From contig CANIZL010000009.1 in NCBI GenBank assembly GCA_947471985.1, positions 21,810 through 85,809 on the forward strand: DNA of 64,000 nucleotides, read 5' to 3'. Source of the stretch: Verrucomicrobiota bacterium (lineage in GTDB: Bacteria > Verrucomicrobiota > Verrucomicrobiia > Limisphaerales > UBA9464). Position 1 is the stretch's first letter. The number at the start of each line of letters is the position of its first letter. The notes under the pieces are model-generated. The model searched no databases and had not been told where the DNA came from. It saw nothing but the letters and a program-made list of their open reading frames with translations. The position numbers and the translations under genes are program-made. Positions 1-8,600 of the stretch are shown piece after piece.

Positions 1-1256
1 TGGGCGAAGTCCAGGGTGGCGTACAGGGGAGAAATCGGTTTGATCACCGGGAAGTAAATGCTCACCCCGTGACAGCCGGTGTGCAGCTTGCCTCGTGCTC
101 CGTTGGCCACGATGAAGCCGGATTCCAGGACCGCCTTGGTCAGTGCGGCGGCGGCGGCCTTCACTTTCGCGTCCTTGCTGTGGACCCCGAGCTTTTCCGC
201 GAAATCCAACAGGTCGACGTACTCCGGGGTGTCAAAGGCCTGCGTGCTATTGCGGGCGCGCAGGATTCCCAAGGTTTTGGCGGGTTCGGCCACGGCGGCC
301 GTCAGGACCTTGCAGAAATCGTCCAACGCCTTGATTGCTGGGGCAATGCGGGTGAGATCGAGAGCGCTTTGGGTGACCGCGTCCGTGGGTTTGTAGCTCG
401 CGAGGTAGGCCTCGACGCAGTGCCGGGCGAATTCCGCGGCCGTGGGCACTTGGGGCCCACCCAGGACCTTGAAGGCCTGATCGTAGGGCCAGCCGTCACT
501 GGGTTCCGTTTCCTCGGATCCCACCATCATCCCGACGGCGTCCTTCAATTGGTACGCCACTTCGAGCATGTTCATCATGCACGCGTCCATGGCCACCAGA
601 TCAATGCGCCGCCCGAGTTTGGCGGCGGTGCCGGTGAGAACCGTCTTCAACTCGACGTTGTCGAGGAAATCCATCGCCTGGTCATCAAAGGCAATGGCCC
701 GATCCCGGACACCCCGCGTGATGCTGGAGGAGAAGAAGGCCTGCTGACTGCGGCGGCCCAGGGCCCGCAGATGTCCGGCTTTCGGCCCGAAAATCCCCTT
801 CCGGGCGATCTTGGCCCCGAGCTTGTTGACGGCCTTGTAGACATTGGCGTCATCCCAGCCGCTGCCGTGGTTCCACAGGATGATGCAGGTCTTTTCCGAG
901 GGATACGTCGTGAGGCCCCATTCAAGAAATCCCGACAGGACCTTGGAATCCCCCATGTTGGTTTCGCCCAGATTGGTCACGGCGTCGGCGTCGATCAGCG
1001 TGCCTTTGCGCAGGAAGAATCGACGCGTGCCGCCGCCTCCAGCAGGATCGTATTGCGCCAGGAGATTCAATCCCGTGCGCGAACCGATCCGCTTCATTTC
1101 CCCGAGATCGGTCTTGCCGTAGGGGCTGAGATTGTTGTCGCCCGAGACATAGGCGAGCACCGTCCAATGCGCCGGCTTGGTGGGCGGTGCGCCCGGCGGG
1201 GCCGCGGTGGCAGGTGCGGGCGGCAACGGCGGGCGGGGCGTCACATTCGGTGGCAT
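1..1256 (-). CDS. Clostripain-family (peptidase C11) cysteine peptidase, 3' end runs off the window
   Basis: Manual reverse-strand translation from ATG at 1256: WTVLAYVSGDNNL..DLGEMKRIGS, ETNMGDSKVLSGFLEWGLTTYP, IILWNHGSGW (catalytic His), DLVAMDACMM-MLEVAY (catalytic Cys), GVSIYFP. Not in the ORF track because no stop falls in the window; + ORF 69..1268 is its shadow. Confidence 0.9.
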   Translation of the reverse strand, partial: MPPNVTPRPPLPPAPATAAPPGAPPTKPAHWTVLAYVSGDNNLSPYGKTDLGEMKRIGSRTGLNLLAQYDPAGGGGTRRFFLRKGTLIDADAVTNLGETNMGDSKVLSGFLEWGLTTYPSEKTCIILWNHGSGWDDANVYKAVNKLGAKIARKGIFGPKAGHLRALGRRSQQAFFSSSITRGVRDRAIAFDDQAMDFLDNVELKTVLTGTAAKLGRRIDLVAMDACMMNMLEVAYQLKDAVGMMVGSEETEPSDGWPYDQAFKVLGGPQVPTAAEFARHCVEAYLASYKPTDAVTQSALDLTRIAPAIKALDDFCKVLTAAVAEPAKTLGILRARNSTQAFDTPEYVDLLDFAEKLGVHSKDAKVKAAAAALTKAVLESGFIVANGARGKLHTGCHGVSIYFPVIKPISPLYATLDFA

Positions 1257-1569
1257 AGACTCTTTTAATCCTGACCGCACCCCGAAAGGATGTGGCAGCC
1301 GGTCAACCGGCCCGCACGATCAGACGGAGCGGGGGACTTCGTCGAACGAGCGCTAGTGATGGCTGGGCTTATACGGCTTGGCGATGCTGGGAGCAAATAT
1401 GTCGAGGCCTAAGTCACGGATATATTCCTTGACCGAGGTGGCCTCCTAGGGCGCGCCCCGGCGGCTTTCGCCGATCCCGGGCCGATTCCTCAGGCCCCTC
1501 TTCGGGTGGGGCACAATGCGCTGTAAATTCGGTTGGGCACTTCCCAGCCCCGGAATTAGCGTGCCGCCA

Positions 1570-1902
1570 ATGGACGAAATGATGGGCGGCGACTCGCTGC
1601 CAAATGACACGTTGCTGAAGGTGCTGCAGGCTGCCGTGGCAGTGGCCTTGTTGTCCACCTTGGGACTTTATCTCAAAGGAAATCAATGGGCGCGGGAGGC
1701 GGCGCTGGTGAATCCCCTCACCCTGGATGTGCAGCGGAATGAATTGGCGGTGCGCTCCCTGCTTTTTGAGGCGTATCAGTGGAATCAGACGCATCAAAGT
1801 CCCGAGCTGACCGACCTTCTGCGACGTCTGAATGTCACAGTTCAGAGCCCGTCCGCCCACCCAGTCGCGCCGGCCAGTCCCCCAAAAGCCCCCAACCGCT
1901 GA
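1570..1902 (+). CDS. Small single-pass membrane protein, unknown function
   Basis: One hydrophobic helix (LLKVLQAAVAVALLSTLGLYL), amphipathic region, Pro-rich tail; resembles the next ORF. Start uncertain (1570/1579/1582). Confidence 0.6.
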   Translation: MDEMMGGDSLPNDTLLKVLQAAVAVALLSTLGLYLKGNQWAREAALVNPLTLDVQRNELAVRSLLFEAYQWNQTHQSPELTDLLRRLNVTVQSPSAHPVAPASPPKAPNR

Positions 1903-1906
1903 TATT

Positions 1907-2269
1907 ATGGAGACTTCGAATCCGATTCCGGCGGTTTCCGCTACGTCCGCGGCAGCGTCCCCGTTGCCGCAGCAGTTTCGCCAGATGCTCCGCGCCGTCG
2001 TCGTGCTGGCGATCCTCATGGCCGCGGTGCAATCGCTGGAGATGTGGCGTTGCTGGCAGACGCGGGAGGCGGCGCACCGTGCCGCCCAATTGCGGGCCAA
2101 CATGCAGCAGTTGTTTGCCACCATTGAGGAATATCGGCGTGCCTCAGCCCGCTATCCGGATCTGATTGCCATCGGACGCAAGTACGGCGTGGAGCCCCTC
2201 GCGGCCGGTTCGAACTCACCCGCCGTCTCCGGGCCGGCGACGACCAATCGGGCCGCGGGGCGTCCGTAA
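1907..2269 (+). CDS. Small single-pass membrane protein, probable paralog of the preceding gene
   Basis: ATG at 1907, 4 nt after the previous stop; TM MLRAVVVLAILMAAVQSL; shared W..REAA and P[DE]L..+.R+..V motifs. Confidence 0.6.
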   Translation: METSNPIPAVSATSAAASPLPQQFRQMLRAVVVLAILMAAVQSLEMWRCWQTREAAHRAAQLRANMQQLFATIEEYRRASARYPDLIAIGRKYGVEPLAAGSNSPAVSGPATTNRAAGRP

Positions 2270-2293
2270 GCGTCCGCGTAGGATTCCCTGAAC

Positions 2294-4609
2294 ATGCGCC
2301 CTTGGTTTTTCTCGATCGGCCGCGCCTGGGGCGGGGGCCGGATGCGCCGCTTCGCCACGCTGGTGGGGTATCTGGTACTGTTTTTGGCCATCCGCCCAAG
2401 CCAGGGGGCGCAGATCGCGGGTTATGGCCTGCCGCTCATCGACCTGGCGGGTGAGTCGCAGCGGAGGGTCGTGGTGGACCGCGAACCGGGCCAATACCTC
2501 GGACATCCCACCACGGTTTTGTTGGAAGACGGGCGCACCCTCCTGTGTGTCTATCCCCGGGGGCATGGCCGGGGATCCATCCTTTATCAACGCAGTGCTG
2601 ATGGGGGGCGCACCTGGAGCGGCCGGCTGCCGGTGCCGGATAATTGGGCCACCTCGTTGGAAACCCCCACGATTCATCGGGTCACGGACGCGGCCGGGAA
2701 ACGGCGATTGATTGTATGGTCGGGACTTTATCCCGCCCGGCTGGCGGTTTCCGAGGACGACGGTGCCTCGTGGTCGCCCCTGCGGCCCGCCGGGGATTGG
2801 GGCGGCATTGTCGTGATGGGCAGTGTCGAGGCGGTGCGGGGAAAGCCGGGGCATTATCTGGCCTGGTTTCACGACGATGGACGCTATATCCGGGCCGGGG
2901 CAAAGGCGGAGCAGCCCCCGGTGTTTCATCTGTACCAGGTGGCTTCCGCCGATGGTGGGTTGACGTGGAGTGCGCCCCGGGAGATTTGGTCGGGCGCAGA
3001 CGTGCATCTCTGCGAACCCGGTGCGGTGCGGTCCCCGGACGGTCATCAATTGGCCCTCCTGCTGCGGGAGAACCGTCGTCGGAGCAATTCCCACGTGATG
3101 TTCTCCGACGACGAGGGGGCGACTTGGAACGCGCCACGGGAATTGCCGGCGGCGCTCACGGGCGACCGTCATACGGCCCGCTATGCGCCGGACGGGCGCC
3201 TGTTCATATCCTTCCGGGACACCACCCGGGAGTCCTCGACGCAAGGCGATTGGGTGGGATGGGTGGGAACCTACCAGGACATTCAACAGGGACGTGAGGG
3301 ACAGTACCGGGTGCGCTTGGCGGACAATCAACACGCCTGGGATTGTGCCTATCCCGGCGTGGAGGTCCTGCCGGATGGCACCTTTGTGACGACGACCTAC
3401 GGCCACTGGGTGGCGGATCAGCCCCCGTATGTGATCAGTGTTCGCTTTACCCTGGCGGAGTTGGACGCCCGAGCGTTGGCGGGAGCGGTGCCGGTTCCGC
3501 CGGCGCTCCCGCCCGGAGTGGTGGTGGCCCATTCGCCTCCGAGCACCCGAAGTTTTCTGGGGTCACCGAGTCTGGCCGTCCTCAATGACGGCGGCCTGGT
3601 GGCGAGTCATGATTTCTTTGGACCGGGAAGTACGGCGGACACGATTCACCTTTACGGATCGGTGGATGGAGGGGCGAGCTGGCAGCGTCGCGGTGCGACC
3701 AAGGGATTCTGGTCGACCCTCTGGGTGCATCAGCGGGCGCTCTATCTGTTGGGTTCCAGTCGGCAGGATGGCTGGGTGGTGATCCGGCGATCGGCGGATG
3801 GCGGTCGTACGTGGACGGAACCGGTGGATTCTCGGAATGGTTTGCTTCGGGCCGACGGAAAATTTCATGGGGCCCCGATGCCGGTGGTGGTGCACGGCGG
3901 ACGGGTTTGGCGGGCCATGGAGGATTTGGGTGGCCCGGGGGGCTGGGGAAGTTACTTCCGGTCGTTCATGATGTCGGCGCCAGCGAACGCGGATCTGCTA
4001 ATTGCGACCAATTGGACGTTCAGTAATCCGTTGGGGCGCAATCCGGAGTGGCTCGGCGGAAAGTTTGGCGGTTGGTTGGAGGGCAATGCGGTCGTCACTC
4101 CGGACGGCCGTCTGGTGAACCTTCTCCGGGCCGACTTCCGGTATCCGGACGAACAGGCGGCGCAGATTGAGATCAGCGCGGACGGAAAGATGGCCCAATT
4201 TGATCCGAAAACGGGCTTCCTGCCGTTTCCGGGTGGTTGCAAGAAGTTCGTGGTGCGGGCGGATCCCCGCGGCGACGGCTATTGGGCGCTGGCCAACTGG
4301 ATTCCCCCGGGGCAACGGGGGGCGAATGTCGAGCGCACGCGCAATACACTGGCGCTGCTCCATTCCACGGATCTGCGGGCGTGGGAGATTCGCTGTGTGC
4401 TCCTGCATCATCCGGATCGGATCCGGCACGGTTTTCAATACCCGGATTTCCAGTTTGCCGGCGATGATTTGTTGGGGTTGGTGCGGACGGCGTTCGACGA
4501 CGAAGAGGGCGGGGCGGGGCAGAATCATGACGCCAACTATATTACGTTCCATCGCTGGTCGAATTTCCGGCGATTGACTCGCGCGAACGACGCCACGCCG
4601 GGGCTATAG
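2294..4609 (+). CDS. Secreted tandem sialidase-like (BNR/Asp-box) beta-propeller protein
   Basis: Signal-peptide-like N-terminus; Asp-boxes RSADGGRTW, VSEDDGASW, ASADGGLTW, FSDDEGATW in domain 1 and GSVDGGASW, RSADGGRTW in domain 2; Pro-rich linker. Start may be 2342. Confidence 0.8.
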   Translation: MRPWFFSIGRAWGGGRMRRFATLVGYLVLFLAIRPSQGAQIAGYGLPLIDLAGESQRRVVVDREPGQYLGHPTTVLLEDGRTLLCVYPRGHGRGSILYQRSADGGRTWSGRLPVPDNWATSLETPTIHRVTDAAGKRRLIVWSGLYPARLAVSEDDGASWSPLRPAGDWGGIVVMGSVEAVRGKPGHYLAWFHDDGRYIRAGAKAEQPPVFHLYQVASADGGLTWSAPREIWSGADVHLCEPGAVRSPDGHQLALLLRENRRRSNSHVMFSDDEGATWNAPRELPAALTGDRHTARYAPDGRLFISFRDTTRESSTQGDWVGWVGTYQDIQQGREGQYRVRLADNQHAWDCAYPGVEVLPDGTFVTTTYGHWVADQPPYVISVRFTLAELDARALAGAVPVPPALPPGVVVAHSPPSTRSFLGSPSLAVLNDGGLVASHDFFGPGSTADTIHLYGSVDGGASWQRRGATKGFWSTLWVHQRALYLLGSSRQDGWVVIRRSADGGRTWTEPVDSRNGLLRADGKFHGAPMPVVVHGGRVWRAMEDLGGPGGWGSYFRSFMMSAPANADLLIATNWTFSNPLGRNPEWLGGKFGGWLEGNAVVTPDGRLVNLLRADFRYPDEQAAQIEISADGKMAQFDPKTGFLPFPGGCKKFVVRADPRGDGYWALANWIPPGQRGANVERTRNTLALLHSTDLRAWEIRCVLLHHPDRIRHGFQYPDFQFAGDDLLGLVRTAFDDEEGGAGQNHDANYITFHRWSNFRRLTRANDATPGL

Positions 4610-4731
4610 GCGACGGAGCGTGGCAGAAAGCTGCGACCGCGGGATCACGGCACGAAAACGCCCCGAGCTGCCAGCCTCTGGCCTACCCGGGGCGCCACAC
4701 ATTAACAGCTACTAACCCGCAAATTGATTGG

Positions 4732-5310
4732 TCACTTGGCGCCCTGATCGATCCAGGCACGAACCAAGCCGACCTCTTCGGCGGTCAACGGCTTCGGAGC
4801 CGGACCGCGCCCTCCTGGGCCACCACCGCTCGGACCGCCCGGGCCCCCAGGACCTCCGGGGCCTGCCGGGCGGGCACCGTCACGACCGCCCTCGCCGCCA
4901 CCCGGGCGGGCACCTTCCGGACGTTTACCACCGCCGGGGCCGCCGGGGCCGCCGGGGCCGCCAGGGGGACCCTTGTGTTTCGGCGGCATGGCGGATTCGT
5001 CATTCAATTGAGCCACGGCCACCACCAAGGAGCTTTCCTTGCTCTTGCCCGCGACGATCACTTTGCCGTCTTCACCGCCCTTGAGCACCGCTTCCAGGGT
5101 ATCGAGACGCAGGTCGCCCTTTTGCCGCTTTTCACCATGGCAATTGAAACAGGAGGCTTCGAAAAGCGGGCGGATATCCTTGGCGTACGTCAGCCCGGTC
5201 TTGGTGGATGCCGGGGGCAGTTTGCTGAGATCCGGACCGGCCGCGGACGCCAATGAGGCGGCCATTCCCAAGCCGAGCATCTGGCAAAGAATCTGTTTTG
5301 CTGAGTTCAT
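4732..5310 (-). CDS. Planctomycete-type cytochrome c domain protein with Gly/Pro-rich insertion
   Basis: Signal peptide; YAKDIRPLFEASCFNCHG (CxxCH), KGDLRLD, MPP...LTAEEVGLVRAWIDQGA. Confidence 0.85.
   Translation of the reverse strand: MNSAKQILCQMLGLGMAASLASAAGPDLSKLPPASTKTGLTYAKDIRPLFEASCFNCHGEKRQKGDLRLDTLEAVLKGGEDGKVIVAGKSKESSLVVAVAQLNDESAMPPKHKGPPGGPGGPGGPGGGKRPEGARPGGGEGGRDGARPAGPGGPGGPGGPSGGGPGGRGPAPKPLTAEEVGLVRAWIDQGAK
4931..4966. repeat. 9-bp tandem repeat CCGCCGGGG x3 plus a degenerate fourth copy, encoding (PGG)n
   Basis: Read directly in sequence, within the cytochrome gene. Confidence 0.85.
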
Positions 5311-5482
5311 GGAGATGTTCGGTGCTACGTCGTGATTGACTGACGATCACTGGGCTGGTTACAAAAGACGGCTGCCGGGGAACAATTTTTGATTGACTGA
5401 GGTCGGCGCGTCCCGGGGAAGGCGCCGTTTGCGAAGTACTTTCAAGCCGTCCATTGACCCGCCAAGCTGGCGGGCCTTGGGC

Positions 5483-6241
5483 ATGAGCAATACCGTTGAA
5501 CCCCGTAAAGAGACCCCGCCGTCCGTCCCACCGGAAAACGTCTGGGTCAGCCTGATTTGTAATGTGGCCTTGCCCGGATTTTTGCTGGGTTGGCTCAGCA
5601 AGCCCGAACGGTTGGGCCCCCAGTGGGGACTCGTGGCCGGTCTCGCCATTCCCATCGGGTACGGCATCTGGGATTTTTTCCACCGCCGGCAGGTGAATCT
5701 GCTTTCCATCCTCGGGTTCGTCAGTGTTTTCATGACCGGAATATTGGGCCTGTTGAAGACGGATCCGTTCTGGTTTGCCGTGAAGGCCGGGGCCTTCTCC
5801 GCCCTCATGGGCCTGGCCATTCCGCTGACCTTGAAAACCCGGCGGCCGTTGGTGAAGCAATTGCTCTATAATGATCAGATTATGGACACGGTGCGGGCCG
5901 ACGCGGCCCTGGCGGAACGTAAACTGGAACCGGAATTTGACGCGGTTCTGCGTCGGGTTTCCTGGGTGCTGGCGATTTCCTTCATGATCAGCGGGGTGGT
6001 GAATTTTGTGATGGCCCGGTGGCTGGTGACCGCCACTTCCGGGACCCCGGAATTCAACGATCAAGTCGGCAAACTGCACTGGATCGAATGGCCGGTGATC
6101 ACGATTCCCTTCCTGGGGGTGATGATGTGGTGCCTTTTCAATTTCCTGAAATCGCTCACGCGATTGACCGGCTTGACGCAGGACGAGTTGTTGCGGCAGC
6201 CGCCGGCCAAGGACAAAAATCCGCAACCGTGGAATCGGTGA
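5483..6241 (+). CDS. Multi-pass inner membrane protein (VC0807 / YciB septation-protein-like)
   Basis: About 6 TM helices; SLICNVALP, KTDPFWFAVK, RPLV motifs recognised from this family. Start placed at ATG 5483. Confidence 0.65.
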   Translation: MSNTVEPRKETPPSVPPENVWVSLICNVALPGFLLGWLSKPERLGPQWGLVAGLAIPIGYGIWDFFHRRQVNLLSILGFVSVFMTGILGLLKTDPFWFAVKAGAFSALMGLAIPLTLKTRRPLVKQLLYNDQIMDTVRADAALAERKLEPEFDAVLRRVSWVLAISFMISGVVNFVMARWLVTATSGTPEFNDQVGKLHWIEWPVITIPFLGVMMWCLFNFLKSLTRLTGLTQDELLRQPPAKDKNPQPWNR

Positions 6242-6411
6242 GACCGCGAGCCAGCGAGCTCGGATGACGGAACGAAAGGCCGGGTTTGGCCTCGTCCTTC
6301 CGGTGGGAGGGCGGGCGGCGAAAAAACGGCGGAGCGGTAATGTCGCAACCGCGCGGTGCCGCCCGCCAAATCGGGATTTCCTTCGTCGATTCGATGCCTA
6401 TGATGGACGTC

Positions 6412-8577
6412 ATGAACTGCCGTTTACGCACCCTTTGGGTGGGCTCCGTGTTGCTGGCCGCAACCGCCGCCCTAGCCGCCGGTCCCCGTATCCTGCCCGA
6501 CGGTGACACGCCGCTGGACCAACGATTGGAGCCCCTCAAAGACCTGGATGGGTATTTTCCGTTCACGCCGCCCGCGAGCAAAGCCGTCTGGGAAGTGCGG
6601 GCGGACGAGGTGCGACGACGGGTCAAGGTGGCCACCGGTTTGTGGCCCGAACCGGAAAAGACGCCCTTGAACGCGGTTATCCACGGACGCGTGGATCGCG
6701 AAACCTATACGATCGAAAAGGTTTATTTTGAAAGCCGCCCGGGATTCTTTGTGACGGGCAATTTGTATCGGCCGAAGAACCGCACCGGAAAGATGCCGGC
6801 GGTGTTGTTCGCGCATGGTCACTGGACCGACGCCCGCTTGTCCGAGGCCACCGATGCGGAATTGCGGCAGGAAATTGCGACGGGTCAGGAGCGATTTGTT
6901 CAGGGCGGGCGGAGCCGGTTTCAGTCCATGTGCGTGCAGTTGGCGCGGATGGGCTGCGTGGTCTTTCAGTTCGACATGCTGGGGAATTCCGATTCCCAGC
7001 AGATTCCCATGGCCGTGGCGCACACGTTTGGGAAGCAGCGTCCGCACTTGAACACGGTGGCGGATTGGGGCCTGTACAGCCCGCAGGCGGAGGCGCACTT
7101 GCAGAGCATCATGGGCCTGCAGACCTGGAATGCCGTGCGGTCTTTGGATTTTGTGCTGTCGCTGCCTGAGGTGGATTCCGAGCGGGTCGCCTGCACGGGC
7201 GCGAGTGGCGGTGGAACGCAGACGTTTCTGCTGGGGGCCATTGATCCGCGGGTGAAGTTGTCCTTTCCGGCGGTGATGGTGAGTACGGCGATGCAGGGTG
7301 GATGCAGCTGCGAGAACACGAGTCTGCTGCGCATCGGCACCGGGAATGTCGAATTGGCCGCCCTCTTCGCGCCCAAACCGCAGGGGATGACCACGGCCAA
7401 CGACTGGACGAAGGAGATGGCCACCAAGGGCTTCCCGGATCTGAAAAAGCTCTATGGACTCTATGGGGCCGCCGATTCGGTGATGTTGCACCGCGGGGAA
7501 CATTTTCCGCATAACTACAACGCGGTTTCGCGCACCGCTTTCTATAACTGGCTGAACCGTCACTTCCACCTCGACCAGAAGGAGCCGGTTCTCGAAGAAG
7601 ACTATAAGCTGGCGACGAAAACGGAACTTAGCGTTTGGGACGCCACTCATCCGCAACCGGCGGGCGGCGAGGAGTTCGAGCGACGGCTCCTGCGCGAGCA
7701 GAATGCGGCCGACCAAAAGCAATTGGCCGCCGCCGCGTTGAAGGCCGACACCTTCCGTCAGACGTTCCCCCCGGCGTGGGAGATTCTGCTTGATTCCAGT
7801 AGCCCGGGAGAGGGCAAGGTCAGCTGGGATCAGAAGACCAAGACGGACCATTCGACGTGGCTGGAAATGGGCGGTTTGATCAAGTCTTCCGCGGGCCAAC
7901 AGGAGATCCCCGTGTTGTTCCTGTACCCCAAGAAGTGGAACGGTCGCTCGGTCATCTGGCTGACCGGCCACGGGAAGGGCGGACTTTATGGCACCGACGG
8001 AAAGCCATTGCCGGCCGTGCAGGCGTTGGTGGACGGCGGGACGACGGTGGTCGGAGTGGATCTGATTTATCAGGGTGAATTCACCGCGGACGGAAAGCCC
8101 GTGACGCGCGCTCCGGTGGTGGCCAATCCCCGCGAAGTGCCGGCCTATACGTTTGGTTATAACGACGCCGTACTGGCGTGGCGGATGCAGGATGTCCGGG
8201 CCGTCGTGCGCTACATCCGCGGTGACCAACGGAAAACGACCTGGCTGGGTTTGGCCGGGACGGACGGGGCGGCCCCCGTGGCTGCCGCCGCCCGATTTGC
8301 GCTGGGCAAAGCGGTGGATCGTACCGTCCTGGACACTGCGGGTTTCCGCTTCGGGAAGTTGCTGGACTACCGCAGCCTGGATTTTCTCCCGGGCGCGGCG
8401 AAGTACGGTGATTTGCCGGGGCTCCTTGCCGCCGGTGGCGGAGGTGAGGTTCGTGTGGCCGGCGAGTCGGCCGCGGAACTGGCGGCGTGGCGCGCACGGT
8501 ATCCTCACTCTGGCACCCAATGGCAATCCTTGTCGGAAAGTTCACCGGCCGTGGTGGGCGCAGCGCTGAATCCTTGA
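6412..8577 (+). CDS. Secreted alpha/beta hydrolase (acetylxylan esterase-like) with a second degenerate hydrolase domain
   Basis: Signal peptide; IEKVYFESRPGFFVTGNLYRP, HGH, nucleophile elbow CTGASGGGTQT, CSCEN; second domain lacks the GxSxG serine (GTDGAA). Confidence 0.8.
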   Translation: MNCRLRTLWVGSVLLAATAALAAGPRILPDGDTPLDQRLEPLKDLDGYFPFTPPASKAVWEVRADEVRRRVKVATGLWPEPEKTPLNAVIHGRVDRETYTIEKVYFESRPGFFVTGNLYRPKNRTGKMPAVLFAHGHWTDARLSEATDAELRQEIATGQERFVQGGRSRFQSMCVQLARMGCVVFQFDMLGNSDSQQIPMAVAHTFGKQRPHLNTVADWGLYSPQAEAHLQSIMGLQTWNAVRSLDFVLSLPEVDSERVACTGASGGGTQTFLLGAIDPRVKLSFPAVMVSTAMQGGCSCENTSLLRIGTGNVELAALFAPKPQGMTTANDWTKEMATKGFPDLKKLYGLYGAADSVMLHRGEHFPHNYNAVSRTAFYNWLNRHFHLDQKEPVLEEDYKLATKTELSVWDATHPQPAGGEEFERRLLREQNAADQKQLAAAALKADTFRQTFPPAWEILLDSSSPGEGKVSWDQKTKTDHSTWLEMGGLIKSSAGQQEIPVLFLYPKKWNGRSVIWLTGHGKGGLYGTDGKPLPAVQALVDGGTTVVGVDLIYQGEFTADGKPVTRAPVVANPREVPAYTFGYNDAVLAWRMQDVRAVVRYIRGDQRKTTWLGLAGTDGAAPVAAAARFALGKAVDRTVLDTAGFRFGKLLDYRSLDFLPGAAKYGDLPGLLAAGGGGEVRVAGESAAELAAWRARYPHSGTQWQSLSESSPAVVGAALNP

Positions 8578-8600
8578 AGTCGTTTCCCGTAATTGATCGC

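Noticed and set aside
69-1268. 399-aa + strand ORF
   Set aside because: Antisense shadow of the clostripain gene, which has clear catalytic motifs on the - strand.
1262-1315. Hairpins with a GAAA loop (ccccgaaagg) and gccggtcaaccggc upstream of the clostripain gene; considered a c-di-GMP-I riboswitch
   Set aside because: Lacks the GGCAAAC and GCAAAGC consensus elements; short GC-rich stems are expected by chance.
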